DNA of 60,719 nucleotides, the filler included. It is 8 parts of 8 records of this genome, joined end to end, with 100 filler letters (N's around TTAATTAATTAA, not from the genome) between each part and the next. Parts side by side here need not be neighbours in the genome. Positions count along the whole stretch, not along the records: positions 1 to 13,618 come from SRR31147125_59507; positions 13,719 to 20,623 come from SRR31147125_59556; positions 20,724 to 28,708 come from SRR31147125_59558; 5 more parts are not named here. One strand, 5' to 3'. Position 1 is the stretch's first letter, and each line of letters begins with the position of its first letter. This document shows, piece by piece, positions 11,819 through 22,982 of the stretch. The position numbers and the translations under genes were made by a program. The notes under the pieces were generated by a model. The model did no database searches, was not told the DNA's origin, and saw only the letters and a list, made by a program, of their open reading frames with translations.

Positions 11819-13585
11819 ATGAATAAGGCAATCAACTATTTTTCGATAGTAATATTATGGGTAATCGCAGGAATGATATTTGTAAACTTTTCATTTAAAT
11901 CAGCCTCTGCACAATCACGTATTTTAATGAGTGGCGAACCGGAAAATCATCAAGGGATTGCTACCTGGAACGCAGACGGTTCAGGCCCGGAACCAGCCGA
12001 TTCAAGCCACCAGCTTCCATGGGGATCGAGCTATGAAGGTTATTATGTGGCTACTGCTGATTATGGCGGCATTGAACCACAATCGAATAGTGGATTAACC
12101 GCTACCTCGATCAGTTCAGGATTCTCAAATTTCAATGCTGCATTATCTGCGAACAACTTTACCTTGTCAGATGTTACGTTCAAATTCGGCCTATACTCGC
12201 TAGGCAACGATAATGAGGGAGAGGATTGGTGGGTGAATGAAAAAAATGAAATTACAATTTACCAGAGTGAACATGATTTTGTCATTCAACTTAAAGGGGA
12301 AGACATGGTTGCCGGACCGGCACCGGCAATGACCTGGGATATCAAATGGGATGCCAGGATGTTTTACGTCGAATCTGACACGTTTATTGTTGAAGACAGA
12401 TCCAAGTCAAGCTCAGCAGCGGTGCAAGCTGTTGCAGCGGCGTTCATGGCTGATATTTCGGATTATGGCCTTAGATTTGTAAGACCTTTAGATGAAATAA
12501 CGTCTGGTACATCTATAACCACTGGTCAAGGCAGATCAGGCAACATTCATCCTTCTAAAATTATGTTTTTAGAAACAGTTGAATTGCCTGCACAGCCAAG
12601 TTATATATCGATAAGGGGAAATCTAAGCGATAATCAAGGATTGGCCAGATGGAATGCGGATGGCAACGGCTCGGAACCTGCTGCTACAGGACATAAAATG
12701 ATCAACAATCTGCACGCATCGTATTATTTGGCTACGGTTGATTACGGCGGCATTGACACACTATCAAATGGGGGATTTCACTTTACCGGGACTGCTTTGG
12801 GCTTTTCAAATTTTATATCCACATTATCAGGAAACGGATTTTCGTTTTCAGATGTAACAGTTAAATATGGGCTGTACGATCTCGGAAATGATATTGAAGG
12901 GGAGGATTGGTGGGTGAATGGTAATGTGGAAACATGGATTCTTAAAAGTGAACAAGATTTTGTAATTCAGGTGAATGGTGAGGATATGGTTAGCGCGCCA
13001 GCTCCCACACTGTTTGCCGACCTTGATTTTGCATCAATTTACTGGTCAATAGATTCAGATACTTTTTTTGTTGAAGACCGGTCTGGCGGGAGTTCTACAG
13101 CGGTCCAGGCTGTTGCCGCAGCATTCTTGTCCGACTTGTCAGGCTCAGGTGTAAAACTCATAAGAGACATGGCTGGGCAGGGAAATGAAATTGTATTCAG
13201 CGGACAAGGTAGAAACGGTACTATTTTGGATGCTGGAGAATGGCGTATTGAAATAGTAGATGCAACTAAAACCGGCTTTGTTGAGCGCACAAGTTTTGAA
13301 TCACCAAATACTTTTAAATTACAGCAAAATTATCCCAATCCGTTTAATCCCTCGACTAACATTAGTTATTATATATCTCAACCTTCCCATGTTATTCTAA
13401 CCATTTACAATTTATTAGGGCAAAAAATCAAGACGCTCGTCAATGAGATTCAAGCTCCCGGTGAAATTTCAGTGATTTGGGATGGTAGGAATGAGATCAA
13501 GGAAATTGTTGGGTCTGGAGTCTATTTTTACCAACTCCAGGTTAGTGAAGAAATGCAAATAAGGAAAATGCTTTTATTGCAATAG
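11819..13585 (+). CDS. Secreted protein with two tandem ~230-aa uncharacterised repeats plus FlgD-Ig / T9SS-type C-terminal domain
   Basis: AAGGAGG RBS before ATG 11819 and a signal peptide. WNADG.G.EPA / DYGGI / LGND.EGEDWWVN / AVQAVAAAF each occur twice. Tail LQQNYPNPFNPST...WDGRN...GSGVYFYQL...RKMLLLQ. Confidence 0.85.
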   Translation: MNKAINYFSIVILWVIAGMIFVNFSFKSASAQSRILMSGEPENHQGIATWNADGSGPEPADSSHQLPWGSSYEGYYVATADYGGIEPQSNSGLTATSISSGFSNFNAALSANNFTLSDVTFKFGLYSLGNDNEGEDWWVNEKNEITIYQSEHDFVIQLKGEDMVAGPAPAMTWDIKWDARMFYVESDTFIVEDRSKSSSAAVQAVAAAFMADISDYGLRFVRPLDEITSGTSITTGQGRSGNIHPSKIMFLETVELPAQPSYISIRGNLSDNQGLARWNADGNGSEPAATGHKMINNLHASYYLATVDYGGIDTLSNGGFHFTGTALGFSNFISTLSGNGFSFSDVTVKYGLYDLGNDIEGEDWWVNGNVETWILKSEQDFVIQVNGEDMVSAPAPTLFADLDFASIYWSIDSDTFFVEDRSGGSSTAVQAVAAAFLSDLSGSGVKLIRDMAGQGNEIVFSGQGRNGTILDAGEWRIEIVDATKTGFVERTSFESPNTFKLQQNYPNPFNPSTNISYYISQPSHVILTIYNLLGQKIKTLVNEIQAPGEISVIWDGRNEIKEIVGSGVYFYQLQVSEEMQIRKMLLLQ

Positions 13586-13618
13586 TACCATATGACCCCA
13601 GGAAAACACAAACTATTG

Positions 13619-13718
13619 NNNNNNNNNNNNNNNNNNNNNNNNNNNNNNNNNNNNNNNNNNNNTTAATTAATTAANNNNNNNNNNNNNNNNNNNNNNNNNN
13701 NNNNNNNNNNNNNNNNNN
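13619..13718. other. Artificial contig linker (N-run + TTAATTAATTAA + N-run); the same linker occurs at 20624-20723, 28709-28808, 37480-37579, 43156-43255, 49979-50078 and 55300-55399
   Basis: Identical 100-nt spacer with stops in all frames. Genes are truncated at the linkers, and composition and apparent taxonomy change across them. Confidence 0.98.
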
Positions 13719-13829
13719 ATGTGTAAAGACTTAATCAACAGAGTCATTGATGGGGGAGATTTAAATCCCTTCCCTCAACGCAAAGTGGGCAATTTGTTTA
13801 GGATCGATTGTTGATAGCGGTCCGGAAAG

Positions 13830-13881
13830 GCCTTTCTCCGATTCCTGTATACTAGGGAGCATCGGAGGAAAGGCTTTTTTT
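13830..13881. terminator. Long hairpin, probable intrinsic terminator
   Basis: GCCTTTCTCCGAT...ATCGGAGGAAAGGC followed by a T-run. Confidence 0.45.
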
Positions 13882-14123
13882 GTGGGGAATGGACCACCGG
13901 GTCAGGTCATTTTTGGAGGTACTGGAAAAGAAATTCTTTTTGAAAAAAGTGATCCAGATCAAACATGGGCAAAGCAAAACGCTTTTCATAGCGAATGGCC
14001 AGATGCAACTATTTCTCCGCCATTTCCATAAAATGGCGACGATTAAACAATCCTGTGAGTCCGTCTTCCTTTCATCTGGAAGAACGATGATTTCATGGCG
14101 CTTTTGCCCATCACTTCCATATA

Positions 14124-14969
14124 TTAAGGACACGCTCCCCCTTGGATTTTGGAAGATTCTCTGTATTGCTTATCAATGAGCCATCGCTCCTGAAAAATTC
14201 TCCGGGCAGCTTTTCCCACATCTTTGATGTACCACCCATTGGCAGAGGCACCGATGCCAATACCGACCACTGGAATTGTCTGAAGGGCCTTTCGTTTGGA
14301 CAAATTGGCTCCCAGTTGCTTTGCCAGGCTTCCGGCTACCAGTTGACTCTCTTTGGAAAATTTTCTCTGTTCCTTTTTTTGCGGCATATTCTCTTCATCA
14401 CTGTCAGCCATGGTGGTCACAATGGAATGTATGGCCCTCAATGCATCCATTTTTTCTTTTTTCGAATTGGCACCAGAAACAGACAAAATACCCATAACAA
14501 ACTGTTTGTCCATGGCTGTCTTGAAGTCATACCCATAGCAATGACCGGTTTTTTGGACCGTTCCCAGCGCCAACGTGATAATGGCGGGAACATCGGCAAT
14601 AAGGCCGGGTAATCCGGTGAATCCGGAGGCGCCTCCTTCTGCGATGGCCATACGAATGGCCCATTTATTTACTTGATGGGAAAGTTGGTCGCAGAATTCC
14701 AGTCTTTTTTCTTTCAGCTCGGAAATGTCTTTTATTCCGACTTCCTTTAATAAATCACCACAATCCGACAAGCCGGAGGCAAACCAATGGGAAGTTTCAA
14801 GGACTTTTTGAATGATGCCACTGGGAATCACTTTTTGTACCAGCCAGGTGGCCGGTGACGTGATATAGTTGATTGCAGCTCCCATAACTCCGGGGGCCTC
14901 ATTTTTCCAAGCTTCTATGGCACTCCATTGCTCTTTTTCATAAGTATTCAATTTATTAAATGATATCAT
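14124..14969 (-). CDS. EcsC family protein
   Basis: EGGASGFTGLPGLIADVPAIITLAL...GHCYGYD and KRKALQTIPVVGIGIGASANGWYIKDV...FQERWL. Confidence 0.85.
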   Translation of the reverse strand: MISFNKLNTYEKEQWSAIEAWKNEAPGVMGAAINYITSPATWLVQKVIPSGIIQKVLETSHWFASGLSDCGDLLKEVGIKDISELKEKRLEFCDQLSHQVNKWAIRMAIAEGGASGFTGLPGLIADVPAIITLALGTVQKTGHCYGYDFKTAMDKQFVMGILSVSGANSKKEKMDALRAIHSIVTTMADSDEENMPQKKEQRKFSKESQLVAGSLAKQLGANLSKRKALQTIPVVGIGIGASANGWYIKDVGKAARRIFQERWLIDKQYRESSKIQGGACP

Positions 14970-17739
14970 CGTCTTTCTTTGTAATTGGGCATGATTTTGG
15001 GTTTGACTGGGTTATCGACGGGCTCCATTCCAAAGGAACCGACTTGATATGAATATCCTGCTGGGGGTAGGCAATGACCAGTCCCCGATCTTTAAACAAC
15101 TTGTCAATTTGAAACCGGATCTCCGTCTCAACCGCTAAAAAAAAGTCGATAAACGTCCAGAATCGTAATGTAAAAATCAATGCACTGTCTCCAAAATCCC
15201 TGAATATCACATCCGGTGCCGGATAATTTAACACCCTCGACATACTTTGAGCAATTTCGATTAAGGTATCTCTCACCAGCTCGATATCTGATCCGTATTC
15301 GACGCCGACCGTTACCTTACGTCGAAGACGTTTATCCTTAAAACTCCAGTTGATGACCTGGTTGCTGATCAACTCGGAATTGGGAATCATGATGGTGGCA
15401 TTGTCATAGGTTTGAACGACGGTTGAACGGACATTGGTTTTTTTAATGGTTGCAAAGGTCCCATTGATCTCAATATCATCTCCCACCTGAATCGGGCGTT
15501 CAAACAATAGAATAATTCCGCTGATAAAATTATTGAAAATATTCTGCAGGCCGAATCCGATACCGATACCCAGGGCACCGAACCCCACTGTCAATGTCGT
15601 CATGTTGAGACCAAAGGCCATCATGGCGATAATCAGCCCGAAAATCCATATGGCATAAACGGTGATCGTGGTCATGGATTCTTGAATGCCTTTGTCCATC
15701 CCGCTCTCTTTAAGAAGATTGTGATGAAAGACATATCGCCATCCCCTGGCGATGTAATAGGTTAAAAAGAGAATAATAACGGCCTGGGAAAGACCGGCAA
15801 TGCTGAATCGCATGGTGCCGACGTTGACATCGGTTGTTATAATTTTCAACAGCACCGGGAACAAATCCTCAGCATTGCCCCAGGATAGAAACAGTGCAAT
15901 GGAAGATAGGACAAACATCAGCAGATAGCAAATCTGCTTGAACAGCCACATCATGGAGACTTCCCCCACATGAACGGCTTGCGAAGCCTGAAATTGTGTC
16001 TCCAATGGGTTGTCGCCGGCCGCCGGGGCTTTTTTCGGTATCCATTCCCCGGAAGCGCCGATGACCAGACTGGACCACATGAGGACAATGACCGTCTTTG
16101 TCCATGATGTGTACCAGTAAACGGCCAGCGTACCATACCCCGTCACTTCCAGCACGATCCCCATGAAGGCAATGACGATAAGTCCGTTTTTGATGATTTG
16201 AAACACCAGATGAGATCGTTTACTTTGCTCCGCATCCGGATCTTTGAAAAAGGGCAGGCCGTTTTTAATGAAATAGAGGGTCCAACCGTAAAACAGGATT
16301 TCGGAAAAAAGCCTGAAAATGACGATGATGCTGCTGTCGCTTTTCAGTGCATACACCATCAGGATATTCAGCATGAAGATGGCATTGAGAGCCGTTACAA
16401 ACCGACTCAGTTTGCGGGAGGGGACCTTGGGATATTTTTCACGGATCAGTTTTAAAAAATGGAGGCTCCAGAGGGTCGCCGTAAACACCATGAGAAGCGC
16501 CACAATCAGATTGGCTGTCGGCGCATAGTTGAAAAAGAGTTTAAAATTGATACAGACATAAAAATAGCCGGTAACGGTGAATACGATCAACTGTTTTTGA
16601 AGGATATTCACCGTCAGGGCACTCCAATATCGATGGGCAAGGTAAGGGGATGCCGTCAGTTCTTTCAAGTATCCGCCAAGCTTGAAGGAAATAAAGAGTG
16701 AGACAAAAAGAATCAGGAAGAAAGAGAACAGTTTGTGGATGCCCGATACCCATAGAAAATTAAAGTTGTTTTTCCAGGTGTCGCCGCTGAAGATGGTTGA
16801 GAGTGTTGTCATCAGTTCCAGAAAATCAAGACCCAGACGGCTCCAGGTATCCTGGGTCAACGGGTTGTTTTTTCGAGTGAGTAAATCCGCTTTTTTGGTT
16901 TTTTTGATTCGAATTTCCAACCCTTGGACCAATGCGCGGTATTTGCGTTGAATCTCTTGTAGCGCCGTCTTTCGCTCAACAATGATTTCCTCAATGGATT
17001 GAATCAGAAGAAGCTTTTGAATTTGAAAGGTTTGAAATCGCATCAATTTATTTTTCAAACGGTTCAGCAATGCATACTGTTCCTCTGCATCAGGGGGCGC
17101 TGTCTTTTTGATGGATGTCGTCGCTCCTTTCGGTTCCTCCTTTGATAAGGCGGGGTCTCCCTCTTTCAATTCCCGGGGGATGTCATCCTGCAGCATTGTT
17201 TCATCGGGTGGAATGGGCTCAGCCATTTCCATGAGTTGAGATGCACCGGCTCGCATCTCAACCAATAGGGTATCGTTAATTCGCTTTTGCTCTTGGGTAT
17301 GCTTTCGGCTTTGAAGTAACGCGTCTTCTATTTTGGTCAATGTCGCCAAATCTTCGGAAACTGCGGCATGAGAGATCTGAAAATTAATAAAAGCCGTTTC
17401 AATCTGCTTAATGTCCAAATCCGAGAGATGGGCCCGGCTTCCAAATGTGGTCAGCTCTATTTTGTATTTTGTTATCTTTGCTTCAAACTCACTGTTGGTC
17501 GCTTGATATAAAGCGAGTTGTTTCTCAAATCCCTCTATTTCCTTTGCTTCCGCACTCAGTGATGCTTCGATTAAAACAATCTGGGATTCAATTTTCTGTT
17601 TGTCGATGAGGGATCCGGTTTTGTTTTGGTCGGAATATCCGGGAAGTGAAAAAAATGGAATAGCTGTGAAAACCATTATTAATACAGCCATTGCGGGAGA
17701 CGTGTTCCGTTTCAATGGTAGTAGTGAATGTTTAAACAA
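14956..17739 (-). CDS. MscK-like mechanosensitive ion channel (MscS family) with long periplasmic coiled coil
   Basis: GALGIGIGFGLQNIFNNFISGIILLFERPIQVGD, IPNSELI, VGVEYGSD, FGDSAL, IAYPQQDIH. Confidence 0.93.
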   Translation of the reverse strand: MFKHSLLPLKRNTSPAMAVLIMVFTAIPFFSLPGYSDQNKTGSLIDKQKIESQIVLIEASLSAEAKEIEGFEKQLALYQATNSEFEAKITKYKIELTTFGSRAHLSDLDIKQIETAFINFQISHAAVSEDLATLTKIEDALLQSRKHTQEQKRINDTLLVEMRAGASQLMEMAEPIPPDETMLQDDIPRELKEGDPALSKEEPKGATTSIKKTAPPDAEEQYALLNRLKNKLMRFQTFQIQKLLLIQSIEEIIVERKTALQEIQRKYRALVQGLEIRIKKTKKADLLTRKNNPLTQDTWSRLGLDFLELMTTLSTIFSGDTWKNNFNFLWVSGIHKLFSFFLILFVSLFISFKLGGYLKELTASPYLAHRYWSALTVNILQKQLIVFTVTGYFYVCINFKLFFNYAPTANLIVALLMVFTATLWSLHFLKLIREKYPKVPSRKLSRFVTALNAIFMLNILMVYALKSDSSIIVIFRLFSEILFYGWTLYFIKNGLPFFKDPDAEQSKRSHLVFQIIKNGLIVIAFMGIVLEVTGYGTLAVYWYTSWTKTVIVLMWSSLVIGASGEWIPKKAPAAGDNPLETQFQASQAVHVGEVSMMWLFKQICYLLMFVLSSIALFLSWGNAEDLFPVLLKIITTDVNVGTMRFSIAGLSQAVIILFLTYYIARGWRYVFHHNLLKESGMDKGIQESMTTITVYAIWIFGLIIAMMAFGLNMTTLTVGFGALGIGIGFGLQNIFNNFISGIILLFERPIQVGDDIEINGTFATIKKTNVRSTVVQTYDNATIMIPNSELISNQVINWSFKDKRLRRKVTVGVEYGSDIELVRDTLIEIAQSMSRVLNYPAPDVIFRDFGDSALIFTLRFWTFIDFFLAVETEIRFQIDKLFKDRGLVIAYPQQDIHIKSVPLEWSPSITQSNPKSCPITKKDDDII

Positions 17740-17885
17740 ACTCTAAATCTCCCTCATCGTTTTTTTGTAAAATGAGTACTTGATGAACCTGTAAAAAACC
17801 AATCTTTATATTAATAAATTCAATTATTTATGTCTAAAAAAGTTGAAATTGGGCTTTTGCGAGGCCATCAGTACTTAATTTGATG

Positions 17886-20623
17886 TTAATTTCCGTCAAT
17901 GTTCCGCGACGTATCTTTTGAAAAGGATGTTTGCCATCCAAAACGCTTTTTCCGGGTTTTGGGAATCGAAACCCACAGCACCGGATGGGCAAACCGGTTC
18001 CATCCCCATTTAAGAATAAAGACCAGTGCAAAGGCGATCCACAACGCCCATGTCAGCATGGCACCCCGATAGACCAGCATGGGCATCGAGAACACCCATG
18101 CCCGGGGCAGCATCGCCTCGCTGATGTCCTGATACCAGCGCATATAGTGAGATGAAGAGCCGTTACCGACAATGTTCATGTCCGGGTGGCCGATCAATCC
18201 CTGGGAGATGGCAATGAATAGAGAGATCAGGGCAAGCAGCGTCAATCCGGCTAATGAAAATTGAATCAGGTTGAACTTTTTTGCCATCTCTCTTTGGTTT
18301 TTTTCCAATTCCAGCTCCGGTTCTGTTTCCGGCTTCAGCTCCATCTCCAGGTCCAGTTCTTTGTCTTGTTTTTGCTCTGTTCTTTTCTCTTCCTGAGGCT
18401 TTGCTTCGGTATCGTTTTCCATAAGTGCCATTCCGGCCTCTGCAAGGGGATCCGCCTTTTTCCTCAGATCCATCAATACCAGCCAGGCCACCACACAGAC
18501 AGAGGCGGGAATGCTGTTCATGGACATCCCGATCCCAAGCAGGAACCAGTGATGAAATTTCAGCGGAGTCAGCCCGGTCATGGAAAGGCCGACGGCCCCC
18601 AGAAAGATGATGAGGATGACGGACCAGAACAGCACCGCAGGCCCAATCAGCTGCTCTCCGCCCAATGCCAGGGGCCAGCGATCCCTTGGAAAGTGGAGAT
18701 CCACCGCTGCATTGACACTGGGGAGCCCCAGATCGACAGGGGGTGCGATAGAGGATGCCCATGGCATCCGCCTCGCTGCCCCGCCAGGTGAGGTGTACCG
18801 TCTGGCTTCCGGGGCTGACCGGCAGAGGAACTTTTCGGCCTTCCTGGCGAATCAGCTGCACTTTACCGTTGACCCGCACCTCTTGAAGTTCGGTATCTTC
18901 GGGAAGTTCAATGGTGTGTTGTCCCCCCCGACTACTCTTCATCTTCAAGGTGAGGGTGGCACTGGATGAGTGCCGCCCCGGACGAAGCTCCAATCGGGAA
19001 CTTTCGATGGTCAGGGTGTTGCCCTCGACACCGGCGGGGCGGTTAATCGTGAGAGTGACGCTTTCCCTCGGCCACGGATGCCAGGTGGGATACCAGCGAT
19101 GGTTCACCTGATGCAGAATCACCGGAATGCCGGCGGTCTCCACATGGAAGATGGGGCTGACATCCACGGTCCAGCGCTCCGTCCAGTCCCGGGTGTCGGC
19201 ATGGGTCAACTGAATGGTGTCTGTGGGGTCGAGAAATGAGTCCCAACTGAAATGATTCCGACCGGCTGCCATACTGACCTGAACCTTGCCTTCGGTGACC
19301 CGAACGCCCCGGGTGATCACCGACTCGTTGGGCAGAAGCGGAACGGCGAGCATCATGGCGGCATCGGAGGGTGTCGTCCGTATGACACGGGTCTCCACCT
19401 TCCAGACGAGGCCCAGCATCAACCGACGTTCCACACGGGCAAACCCAGGGAGAATGGGCTCTTCATGGCCCATGGTGTCACCGGTTCCGCTGCTGTTTCC
19501 CATGGGGGGCTTCTCCCCTGCTCGATCTTCTACTGGATTTGTTTGAAGATCGGCGTTTCCGGACGCCTTTGAGGGAAGGCGTTTGAATTGAATCTGTGCT
19601 TCAATGGTGCCGTCCGGTTGGATGCCCTGGATGTCCCATCCGTCGCTGTTCACCTGGTGATGCCGGGGAGGCATGGGAAGGGGCAGTTGAAAGGTCGACC
19701 GGGTTCGGATGGGGCCTTCCAGGCGGATGCGGTGTCGCCCCGCATCAATTCCCATCCATAAAATTTCGTTTTCTCTGAACAGGGGCGGGGCTGTTAGGGT
19801 GTCGGCGGTCATCGATTGAATGGATGACGGCAGCCAGTGACGGGCATGTCCGGGAAGGGGATGGCCGTATCCACCACCGCATCCACATGGAGCGTCAAAG
19901 TGAGACGGTCATTGGAGATGTCGATCTCCATTTCGGAGAGATCGGCACAGGATGGAAAGCACTCTGCCGGTTCCAGAAGGCGATCCCGCAGCTCATCCAG
20001 TAATTGCTGAGAGGGAATCTCTCCGGCCCGGCAATGGGGTGTTCCCCCGCTAATCAGCATCATCACCAGTACGCCGGTGAGCATCAAACGTGTGCCCATG
20101 GTCACTATTGGTGATGCAAGACCGAGAATGGTGCTGAAGAGAGAGGTGGCGACGATTGAGGTGAAAGCACTCAGGTCGGGGCGGATAAAGCCGCTCCCTT
20201 TTCGAAATCCTGCGCCGAACAGGCCTGCAGTCAGTGCAATGATCAAGCCCACCCTTACAAATGCGAGCCCACCGTTGAGAAGGGGACCGGTAAGATGGAA
20301 GGAGATGGTCTGGCCTGGTGCCACCGGCCCGGACCAGCTGAAGGAGATGGTCTGGAAGGGGTCCCATACCGGCAGCCCCGGACCGGTTTGAGTCAATGAT
20401 TTGGGATCGTACTGCATCACTTGAGACTTTTCGTAGTGGCTGCCGTAACGTCCGCTTCCCGAAGATGGGGCAGTGCCGTCACTGAAGGAATCCCGGGAAA
20501 TTGCCGATTTTCCGGCAAGGGGGATCGCTCGTTTTACAGATTGCTTTGCCTGACGGGGCGCCGGCGCCGGTGCGGTCATCAGTTCGGAAGAGGCATCGTC
20601 CACGGCGTTCTCCATCATGGCAA
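17886..20623 (-). CDS. Large conserved hypothetical membrane protein, 5'-truncated; two apparent frameshifts (~19857, ~18740)
   Basis: ORFs 19809..20618, 18163..19812 and 17886..18767 join (IPLPGHARHWLP; YRTPPVDLG) with one C added in C-runs. DPKSLTQTGPGLP.W motif and a C-terminal TM cluster (GPAVLFWS, GLIGHPDMNIVGNGS, YRGAMLTWALW). Confidence 0.7.
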
Positions 20624-20723
20624 NNNNNNNNNNNNNNNNNNNNNNNNNNNNNNNNNNNNNNNNNNNNTTAATTAATTAANNNNNNNNNNNNNNNNNNNNN
20701 NNNNNNNNNNNNNNNNNNNNNNN

Positions 20724-21237
20724 CCCAAAATCGCTCAGCAGAATAAAACAGTTTTTTCATATTTTGAAGTGAAACTCGCCTCGAAATAAAAGGCATAATT
20801 GTAGCAGGAATCAAACCCAATTTCACCTCGCTGAAAGCAAATGCTGTTGATCGTTCTGCAACTGCAAAATCACACGCTGCCATAACTCCATTTCCTCCTC
20901 CTAGCACATTTTTATGTACCGCGGCAATAGTTATTTGAGGCAAATCATAAATACTTTTAAACAACTTAGCAAGTCGAAGATATTCCTCCCAATTTTCAGC
21001 CTTTGATTGCTTAGCAGACTGAGCAAACCAATTCACATCTGCTCCCGCACAAAATGATGCTCCATTACCTGACAGTACCACAAAATGAATACTTTCTTTG
21101 GTTTTTATTACATCAAGAGCTTCATGCAATTCTTCAACGAATGGTGGGAAAATAGCATTATGCTTTTGCTCCCGGTCTAAAATAATATTTGCCCGTTGAT
21201 CTACTATCTCCAATTTTATGTATTTCCAATTCTTCAT
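20724..21237 (-). CDS. Enoyl-CoA hydratase / methylglutaconyl-CoA hydratase (LiuC-like), 3'-truncated
   Basis: FCAGAD, GGGNG, FSEVKLGLIPATI. Lies directly after a methylcrotonyl-CoA carboxylase beta gene. Confidence 0.85.
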
Positions 21238-21238
21238 A

Positions 21239-22797
21239 TTACATTCTGAAGACGCCATATTTGGCTTCTCTAAATTTTTGATTTAACGTAACTGTAAACG
21301 CAAGAGCAAGGATATTTCTGGTTTCTGCGGGATCTAAAATCCCATCATCCCAAATTCGGGAAGAACTATAATAAGCAGTACTTTCTTCTTCAAACTGATC
21401 AACCAGACTATTGGTGGCTCCATTGCTTCCAATGCTATGCAACACACCGGAAGCCTGTTCACCTCCCATTACAGAGATTCGTGAATGTGGCCACATGAAT
21501 AAAAAATCGGGATCATATGCTCGACCTGCCATTGCATAATTACCAGCACCAAAAGAGCCACCAACTACCAGTGTAATCTTAGGAACAGTTGAATTTGCAA
21601 TTACATTGATTAATTTTGCACCATCACGGGCAATTCCCTCATGTTCGTATTTTTTTCCAACAATAAACCCTGGGATATTCTGCAAAAATAGTATCGGGAT
21701 TTGACGCTGATTACACAGCTGAATAAAATGGGCTCCCTTTCGGGCACTTTCAGCTGTAAGAAAACTTTGATTTCCCAAAATCCCAATAGAATACCTTGCA
21801 ATCTCGCAAATCCGGCAATCAAGGTCTTTCCATAATTTTCTTTGAATTCATCAAAACCGCTACCATCAACTAAATGATTAACAATTGCCTTCATATCAAT
21901 CGGTTTCTTAAAATCAACTGAAAGCAACTCATATATATCTTCTGCAGAATAAGAAGCGTCAACTACAGCCTGAGTATCCAATTCAAACTTTTTGGTTTTA
22001 GGAAGACTCTCGAATATCTTTCTGCAAATTTTCAAGGCATCAATATCATCTTCAGCCAAATGATCAGCAACTCCAGAAATAGAAGTATGCACTTCTCCAC
22101 CTCCTAATTCTTCGGCAGAAACCTCTTCTCCTGTCGCTGCTTTTACCAATGGAGGTCCACCTATAAATATTGTTCCTTGCTCCTTTACAATAATGGTTTC
22201 ATCACTCATTGCCGGAACATAGGCCCCTCCTGCTGTGCACGAGCCCATTACAACCGCAACTTGAGGAATTCCGTTGGCTGACAAACGTGCCTGATTATAA
22301 AAAACCCTTCCAAAATCAAAACGATCGGGGAAAACCTTAGACTGTTCAGGAAGAAATATCCCTCCCGAATCAACCAAATAAATACAAGGCAAATTATTCT
22401 TTAAAGCAATCTCTTGAGCACGAATATGCTTCTTAATTGTTTCTTTCACATAGGTTCCACCTTTAACTGTTGCATCATTCGCAATAATGATACATTCTCT
22501 GCCCTTTACAACTCCAATTCCTGTTACAATACCAGCAGACGGGAAATCATTATCATATTGATTAAATGCAGCAAAAGGAGAAAGTTCTAGAAACGGAGTT
22601 TTGGTGTCAAGTAAAATATCAATACGTTCACGAGCCAGCAGCTTACCACGTGATTGATGTTTACTAATTGCAGCATCGGAGCCATGGGAAATAACCGACT
22701 TAAGTTTTAACCGAAAGTCATCTAAAACATTCTGATAACTAGTCTCCGAACTTTCAGGTTTTTTTTGTTTTCCAGTATAATACAATTTCTCACCCAT
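21239..22797 (-). CDS. Methylcrotonyl-CoA carboxylase beta (carboxyltransferase) subunit; apparent frameshift near 21795
   Basis: RGKLLARERI, ANDATVKGGTY, GSCTAGGAYVPAMSDE, AGNYAMAGRAYDP, C-terminal YGVFRM. Confidence 0.9.
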
Positions 22798-22982
22798 TTC
22801 AAAAACTAAAAAAAGATTAAAAAATCTTCTATTATGACAAAAAAAACGGGGATATGTTCAGTCTTTACGGGAAAATGTTCACCTAAAAAGAGACAAAAAC
22901 AACGATAAATACTTAAAACCAGTTCCACCCAAAAGAAAAGATTAATTGAATGGAACTTGCTTCATTTTAAAAATTCTAATTC

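Noticed and set aside
13740-13881. Riboswitch in the hairpin-rich start of contig B
   Set aside because: I could not match conserved motifs of any known riboswitch; kept only as a terminator-like hairpin.
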